64,000 bases of DNA from Aureliella sp. (GTDB lineage Bacteria > Planctomycetota > Planctomycetia > Pirellulales > Pirellulaceae). Made by a program: the position numbers and the translations under genes. This document shows positions 58,412 through 64,000 of the stretch, one piece after another. Numbering within the stretch: the stretch's first letter is position 1; each line of letters begins with the position of its first letter. Under the pieces are notes generated by a model. It was not told where the DNA came from. It ran no database searches and saw only the letters and a program-made list of their open reading frames with translations. Location of the stretch: positions 2,784,001 to 2,848,000 of the forward strand of contig OY829846.1 of the NCBI GenBank assembly GCA_963691875.1, read 5' to 3'.

Positions 58412-58702
58412 CTGAGAATCTTTCTACTGCTAATAAAAACTTTGTGTAATGGAAGTCGCTAAGGCATCTGTCCTCAACTGAATCGGCCCTGCCATGTTGA
58501 CATACCGCAAAGAAAGCGAAAGCCCCGTTCGGACAGAACACAACCCGCAAGCTTTACTCCGTCTACCTAGCCTGCCGCAGAATAGGGCAATCTAAGACTC
58601 TGCTACACGAACACATGTCTAAAACTCAGTAGCACGCGACAGAGCAAGCCGGCGTTGCGCGGCGTGCTTTTGTGAATCCCCCGAGTCGAAACGCTTGTCT
58701 GA

Positions 58703-59530
58703 CTATCGATTCGCAGCAGCTGGCTGAGCGGCAAATCTGTCAGCTTCGGCGCGAGCATGGTACACGGCTGGCTCGACTAGTTGAAACGTATCCTTCAGCC
58801 TCTGCAATTCTTGCAACTTGGTTTGATCGTCGGCAGACAAGCTCCAAACTGCCTTGACATCGCAGTTGTAAACCGCGGGATCACCGCCGCCCTGGGTGAG
58901 TGTGATTTCCTTGGGCAGCACGTTCTTGGCAGCAAGTTCACGGTTCAGTGCCAATCGCGCAAAAGGTGGTGCGCCATTGGCGCCTCGAGAGAATGAATTG
59001 AGCAACATGGAAGCGTCAGCGAATTTTTGATAGGCCTTCGCAAATGCAGCAGCTTGCGTTGTGTCGTCAGCACGCTGGAAAGTTGCGACGTAAGCAAGCG
59101 GTCCTCCTTCTCCAACAGCAACAAGAGTCTTTTCTCGGCGAATTTGTTTTGCACTGGCCAGGAATGCTGCCGCCTTACCGAACTTTGCTTGCTCCTCTGC
59201 ACGAGGAATCAAATCCTTTAGAGCACTGATCTTGATTTCCATTCGAAGCTTGGTGCCAAGATGGACGCAGGTTATCTTGTCGCTGGCCGGATCAATGATC
59301 GTGATATCAGAGCCTTGGAAATCGTAGCCGACTCCGCCAAAGAATAAGCTCGTTGTTTTCGACAGCGGCTGGGAACTTCCCGCGAGCGAGATCTTCGTAT
59401 CGACGCGAAATCCGTCGTCTGCCACCAGTTCTGTGGGTTGCAAGGCAATCATCAGTGAGACTCCAACGGAGAAAACAAGCGAAGGCAGGAGCGATTGAGG
59501 AAGCATATTGTTGCCCAGTCTTTTTGCCAT
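58703..59530 (-). CDS. Secreted hypothetical protein
   Basis: Signal peptide, FRVDT..TTSLF..YDF and PPFARLALN segments. Confidence 0.75.
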   Translation of the reverse strand: MAKRLGNNMLPQSLLPSLVFSVGVSLMIALQPTELVADDGFRVDTKISLAGSSQPLSKTTSLFFGGVGYDFQGSDITIIDPASDKITCVHLGTKLRMEIKISALKDLIPRAEEQAKFGKAAAFLASAKQIRREKTLVAVGEGGPLAYVATFQRADDTTQAAAFAKAYQKFADASMLLNSFSRGANGAPPFARLALNRELAAKNVLPKEITLTQGGGDPAVYNCDVKAVWSLSADDQTKLQELQRLKDTFQLVEPAVYHARAEADRFAAQPAAANR

Positions 59531-59720
59531 GTCTTAAGCGTGCCGATGCTCGCGCTGCAGCGCGGAGCGCGAGGAGAATATCAAGTGCTGGCAAATCCAG
59601 TCCAGGGCAATAGATCAAGCGACTTTTGCTAGCGTGGCGATCTCCCCAGCTGTTCGACCTCGCTCTAAAATACGTACAACTGGACAATGCTTTTCCTAAC
59701 ACATCCACACGCAAGAACTC

Positions 59721-60566
59721 ATGTCCATAAAATCAAACTCTTGGCGACTCAAGACTTGCGAGCTCTCTTTCGAGTCTGGTCCAGCAATCATGGGAATTCT
59801 GAACGTCACTCCTGACAGTTTTTCAGATGGCGGCAGGTTTTTCACTCCAACTCAGGCAGTGGAGCAAGCCCTTCGGATGGAAGACGCTGGCGCTGACATC
59901 CTAGACATCGGCGGAGAGAGCACTCGGCCGTACAGCGAGTCGGTGGCGGCCAAAGACGAATTGGCTCGTATTGAACCTGTCATAGAGGCACTGGCGGAAC
60001 GTGTGAGTATTCCGATCTCGATCGACACTTCCAAGAGTAGCGTTGCGCGAGCCGCAATCGAGTTGGGGGCAGAGATTTTGAATGACGTGACTGGTTTAGA
60101 AGGTGATGAAGCAATGCCCTCTCTTGCGGCTCAAATGGAAGTCGGAGTCTGCGCAATGCATATGCAGGGAACGCCGCAAACGATGCAGGACGCGCCAAGC
60201 TATGAGAATGTGGTGAAAGAAATTTTGCAGTACTTGCGTCAGCGTGACGCAAAGTTGCTAGAGGCAGGCGTCGCGGCGGAGCGAATTTGCTTAGATCCTG
60301 GCATCGGCTTTGGGAAAACTCACGAGCACAATATTGAATTGCTGCAGCACGTCGAAGCCTTTCATGAGCTGAATAGGCCGCTGCTGGTAGGGCATTCGCG
60401 TAAAGGTTTCATCGGCAAATTGATTGGCGACAAAGATGCTGATCGCTGCGCCGGAACTTTGGCAATTAGCCTTTGGCTAGCTCAGCAAAACGTTCAGGTC
60501 ATTCGAGTGCACGATGTGGCCGAGACGCGGCAAGCCTTGGATTGTTGGAAAGCGGTTGGTCGCTAG
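59721..60566 (+). CDS. folP: Dihydropteroate synthase
   Basis: MGILNVTPDSFSDGG, GGESTRP, MHMQG, DPGIGFGK, SRK and RVHDV motifs. Confidence 0.96.
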   Translation: MSIKSNSWRLKTCELSFESGPAIMGILNVTPDSFSDGGRFFTPTQAVEQALRMEDAGADILDIGGESTRPYSESVAAKDELARIEPVIEALAERVSIPISIDTSKSSVARAAIELGAEILNDVTGLEGDEAMPSLAAQMEVGVCAMHMQGTPQTMQDAPSYENVVKEILQYLRQRDAKLLEAGVAAERICLDPGIGFGKTHEHNIELLQHVEAFHELNRPLLVGHSRKGFIGKLIGDKDADRCAGTLAISLWLAQQNVQVIRVHDVAETRQALDCWKAVGR

Positions 60567-60700
60567 CGAACAACTTTTTTGCTGGTTTCATAGCGGTGAC
60601 TTCTAGCCGCAAGCAGCGAACGCAACCGACAGGGCGTTAGCGGAGTAGCTAAAGTCTTAAGGACTTCCGCAACGAGCACGCTTCTCTAGAGCGATCGAAA

Positions 60701-61315
60701 TCACGAGGGCAAGTCGATCTTGCTTTCTTCTTCTTGCAAGAAGGAACCGAGATCTTTGCGAATGCGATCTTGGATGCGACGCACGGTTCGTTCGCTACAG
60801 CCGATAACCTTGGCGATCTCGTTCTGGGTTCTGCATTCGAGCCACATTTCGAGCACTCGCTTGCGCTCGTCGTCTTTGTCAGCAAATGCAACTTGCAGCA
60901 TGTCCTGCATTTCGACTTGCTCGATCGCATGGTCCCATTCGGCTGGCTGGAGATTCGCTTCCTCTGGCATCGTCTGTTCCTTGGAAATCGAACGACGCTT
61001 GCGCGAATGGAAACGCGCTTGCATCCGCACTTTATTGAGAGTGATGGTTAGCAACAGCTTCCAAAGATCATCTTTGCTCTCAAAAGAAAAATTGCCTTCG
61101 CTGGCGCGACGGAAGAAAGTGCGACAAGCCGACTGAACGACGTCCTCCGGATCCACGCGACGCCGCAGCCAGCTAGCAATTTGCCTTTCGGCGACTCGCT
61201 GCAACGATTCGCCGTAACGTTGCCAGAACTGTTCCACAGCCGTCGGCTTCCCCTCGGCTAAATCGTCGAGCCAAGCGATGGTGACTTCTTGATTGGATTC
61301 GGCATTCGCGTTCAT
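60701..61315 (-). CDS. Planctomycete ECF-type sigma factor
   Basis: RRRVDPEDVVQSACRTF, DDLWKLL and EIAKVIGCSERTVRR motifs. Confidence 0.88.
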   Translation of the reverse strand: MNANAESNQEVTIAWLDDLAEGKPTAVEQFWQRYGESLQRVAERQIASWLRRRVDPEDVVQSACRTFFRRASEGNFSFESKDDLWKLLLTITLNKVRMQARFHSRKRRSISKEQTMPEEANLQPAEWDHAIEQVEMQDMLQVAFADKDDERKRVLEMWLECRTQNEIAKVIGCSERTVRRIQDRIRKDLGSFLQEEESKIDLPS

Positions 61316-61809
61316 GATCGAAACCTAGTTATGCTCTGAGAATTGCTGGCGAATCCCAATTCGGAACTTGGGTAAATGTCGTGACGAATGTTACAAAATC
61401 CGATTCGTCTAAGGCACCTCCAAACGTTCGAGAGAGGGCGTCGAAGCCACACCAATGATACACAATCAACCTGCCCGCAATATGGATCTACGTGAGCTTT
61501 GAAATGTGGACAAGTTCGCAAACACAATTCGCACTTTATCTGATTCCCGAAGTTGGTGGCAAAAAAAGGTTGGCCTGATAGCAGCTTGTTAAACTTTTCC
61601 GGCAATTGACTCTTGGTAGTCTGCGCCAGCCGTAGCGAAGCGGCAGTTCTGGTTTCTCTGGCAATTGGTGCTTGACGCTATCTAGCCGCCTGGCTTGGGT
61701 AGCGACGACTTTCTGCAGTTACAGGGCAAAGTGCGCCGATAGATCCAATGGAAGGATTCTGCCATTAGGCAAATCACTCACGTGGATCGCATCAAGTTGA
61801 GAATTCGCC

Positions 61810-62631
61810 ATGCAGGCTTCGTCGGCAACCAATTCAACTCATACATCGCCAATCGGTGAAGCTGCCGCAACTGGTCTCGAACAGGAGCTGGAGATGTTGC
61901 GTGAGCAGTTGCAACACTCGCAGCGTATGGCGACTTTGGGCGAATTGACGAGCACCACGACGCATGAGTTTAACAACTTGCTCATGACGATTCTCAACTA
62001 CGCCAACCTGGGCGTCCGAAACAAGGATGAAGCCACTCGCGACAAGGCCTTTAGCCGCATCTTGGATGCCGCTAACCGGGGCGCGAAAGTCACTAGCAGC
62101 GTGCTATCGATAGCTCGCAATCGCGCTGCCGTGAAAGAAGCGATTTCTCTGCAATCTATTATCGAAGACACGGTTGTCTTGTTGGAGCGCGAGTATCGCA
62201 AGTATCGCATCGACCTCCGCTTGGAACTCGACGAAGTACCTCCGGTTCTGGGAGCGTCCAATGAGCTGCAACGCGTCATCGTCAACCTGCTGGTGAACGC
62301 TCGGCAAGCTAGTGACGAAGGCAGCCAAGTTCGAGTGGTACTACAAGCTGAGAATCCAACCCAAGTCCGACTGACTATTCGCGACAACGGCTCGGGGATT
62401 TCGCCTGAAGTTCTACCGCGAATCTTCGATCCATTCTTTTCCACCAAGGCTGGACCAGACGACACTGGCAAAGGTGGTTCGGGCGTTGGCTTGTCGGCCT
62501 GTAAACAAGTGATCGATGATCATGATGGCCGCATTAGAGTTGAGAGCACGTTGGGCAAAGGCACGGCCTTCATCATTCGCTTGCCCGTCGCCGTCGAGGA
62601 AAACTCGCAGATCACTGCGCAAGCAGGCTAA
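61810..62631 (+). CDS. Histidine kinase lacking a sensor domain
   Basis: H-box HEFNN, NLLVNARQA, DNGSG, FDPFFSTK, GSGVGL and GKGTAF motifs. Confidence 0.92.
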   Translation: MQASSATNSTHTSPIGEAAATGLEQELEMLREQLQHSQRMATLGELTSTTTHEFNNLLMTILNYANLGVRNKDEATRDKAFSRILDAANRGAKVTSSVLSIARNRAAVKEAISLQSIIEDTVVLLEREYRKYRIDLRLELDEVPPVLGASNELQRVIVNLLVNARQASDEGSQVRVVLQAENPTQVRLTIRDNGSGISPEVLPRIFDPFFSTKAGPDDTGKGGSGVGLSACKQVIDDHDGRIRVESTLGKGTAFIIRLPVAVEENSQITAQAG

Positions 62632-62712
62632 CACACGCAGCAGGATTCTGCTGAATTGCTGCCCCCTCTTTCTGAAGACCGCTCGTCGAGCTGGCTGAAA
62701 GCTCTACTCGGC

Positions 62713-63000
62713 TCAGTTCGTTGCACTCGACCGGAATAACCGTTGTATGCGGTCGACCAGGTGCCACTCGACAACTAGTAGAATCAGAGGCACGCTAAAG
62801 AACATGAGCTGCCCGACTCCTGAGGCAACCTGCTCGTTGCCGACCTTGGGTATCAAGCCGTAAATTGCGATGCAAAAAAGCGTGTTCAAAAACAGCATGC
62901 CGCCACTGGCAACGACTACCATCACCGCGTACATGCAGCCAGAGACCACGCTGACCACGGGCCGCTCGGTCACGACGTCAATTTGGGGCTCTTCTTTCAA
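62713..63000 (-). CDS. Small two-TM membrane protein
   Basis: Two hydrophobic segments. TTG start uncertain. Confidence 0.6.
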   Translation of the reverse strand: MKEEPQIDVVTERPVVSVVSGCMYAVMVVVASGGMLFLNTLFCIAIYGLIPKVGNEQVASGVGQLMFFSVPLILLVVEWHLVDRIQRLFRSSATN

Positions 63001-63226
63001 ATGTTCAGCCGATTGAGGTGCCGACGGTTAACGTTACTTACTCTTAGTCCTGTGCAGTTGATTCCGGACACCAAGCCTTGCTTTGGTCGTGAGAGTCTGA
63101 CTATCAGGCCCGGAGAGGAATCTTCTTGCGGTCACGTCCCGAACTTCAAAGTTGAGCATCGGGCTGCAATCGTGCAGAAGATCTCGACAAGACTCGCTCG
63201 CGCGTCGTGCTTGTATCGAGAGCCGA

Positions 63227-64000
63227 TCAAGCTCCCAGGCTAGGCCAAGCGAGAGCCATGCACAAGGTCACTACAAATCCGGTCAGGCTGAGGATCGATA
63301 GTAAAATCGTCCAGCTGCGAAGTGTCTCACCTTCGGTCAATCCCCCCATCTTAGCGAACACCCAGAACCCGGAGTCATTCATCCAGCTGCCCATCAGCGA
63401 GCCAGCTCCAATTACAGGAACGAGATAGGCCGGATGGAAACCAAGGCTTCCTTCGTTGATCAGTGGCGTGGCAATCGTGGCCACCAACGACGAGGTAATA
63501 ATCATCGCGACGGTACTGGAACCTTGAGCCACCTTGAGCAGCGATGCCAGCAAGTAGGCGACGACCATCACGATCAATCCGCCGCTTTCACTGTCGGCTG
63601 GGAAGAAAGACTTCACAACCACATGGATCTCGGTCATCGCCAGCAGCCCTCCAAAAGCCCCGCCTGCAGCTGTAATCAGGATAATCACGCCACCGCTGAG
63701 CAATGCGTCTTCCACATGCTCAGCGATCTTCTTCAGCGAATGCCCTTGAACCGAGTAGCACAGGTAAATCGAGAAAAGGGCGGCGAGAATCATCGCCAAG
63801 TCAGGTTTGCCAATGAGCTTGAACCAAGGTAGTAAGTCCTTCCAGATTGAAGGTTCTTCACCCTTTGCCAGCAATCCGACGATGGTCGTTACGGTAATCA
63901 GAAGAACAGGCAGTAAGACCGGAGCCAGCGACATCGTCAAGGAAGGAAGCTTGTCAAACTTGGCTTCCTCCTCTTCTTTGCCGCTCAGTGGCCGCATCTC
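63227..64000 (-). CDS. GntP family gluconate/sugar-acid permease (5'-truncated by the window edge)
   Basis: LITAAGGAFG, KVAQGSSTVAMI and SWMNDSGFW motifs. Confidence 0.9.
   Translation of the reverse strand, partial: EMRPLSGKEEEEAKFDKLPSLTMSLAPVLLPVLLITVTTIVGLLAKGEEPSIWKDLLPWFKLIGKPDLAMILAALFSIYLCYSVQGHSLKKIAEHVEDALLSGGVIILITAAGGAFGGLLAMTEIHVVVKSFFPADSESGGLIVMVVAYLLASLLKVAQGSSTVAMIITSSLVATIATPLINEGSLGFHPAYLVPVIGAGSLMGSWMNDSGFWVFAKMGGLTEGETLRSWTILLSILSLTGFVVTLCMALAWPSLGA

Noticed and set aside
63121..63170. cttcaaa resembling a tRNA-Sec anticodon loop
   Set aside because: No acceptor stem, long variable arm or GTTCG T-loop around it.

Overview
A 64-kb chromosomal window from a planctomycete, probably Pirellulaceae-like. 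The evidence is DUF1501, DUF1549/DUF1553, DUF1559 and PVC-type heme proteins, an H4MPT Orf20-like protein and an spdEFG1-type EF-G. Main content: (i) a 12-gene Planctomycetes/Verrucomicrobia-type microcompartment (PVM) locus at 14.2-23.6 kb; (ii) an egtD-egtB ergothioneine pair; (iii) a selB-selA-selD selenocysteine cluster, with no selC or obvious selenoprotein seen in the window; (iv) housekeeping genes (greA, fusA, folP, a UDP-GlcNAc pyrophosphorylase, an ABC exporter). Five broken genes lie outside the ORF track or are fragmented in it. One is a patatin phospholipase split by a ~1.1-kb insert carrying a probable cusA tail and an intact PepSY gene. Another is a DUF5060-like gene right after selD with three in-frame stops and no frameshift; its first stop is a TGA followed by a SECIS-like hairpin. 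The others are a DUF1559 remnant, an IS3 remnant and a frameshifted hydrolase. Several REP-like repeat families fill the intergenic spaces. All family assignments are by motif recognition, not database search. I cannot confirm a novel system; the best leads are the selD-adjacent interrupted gene, the split patatin and the uncharacterised PVM cargo protein.
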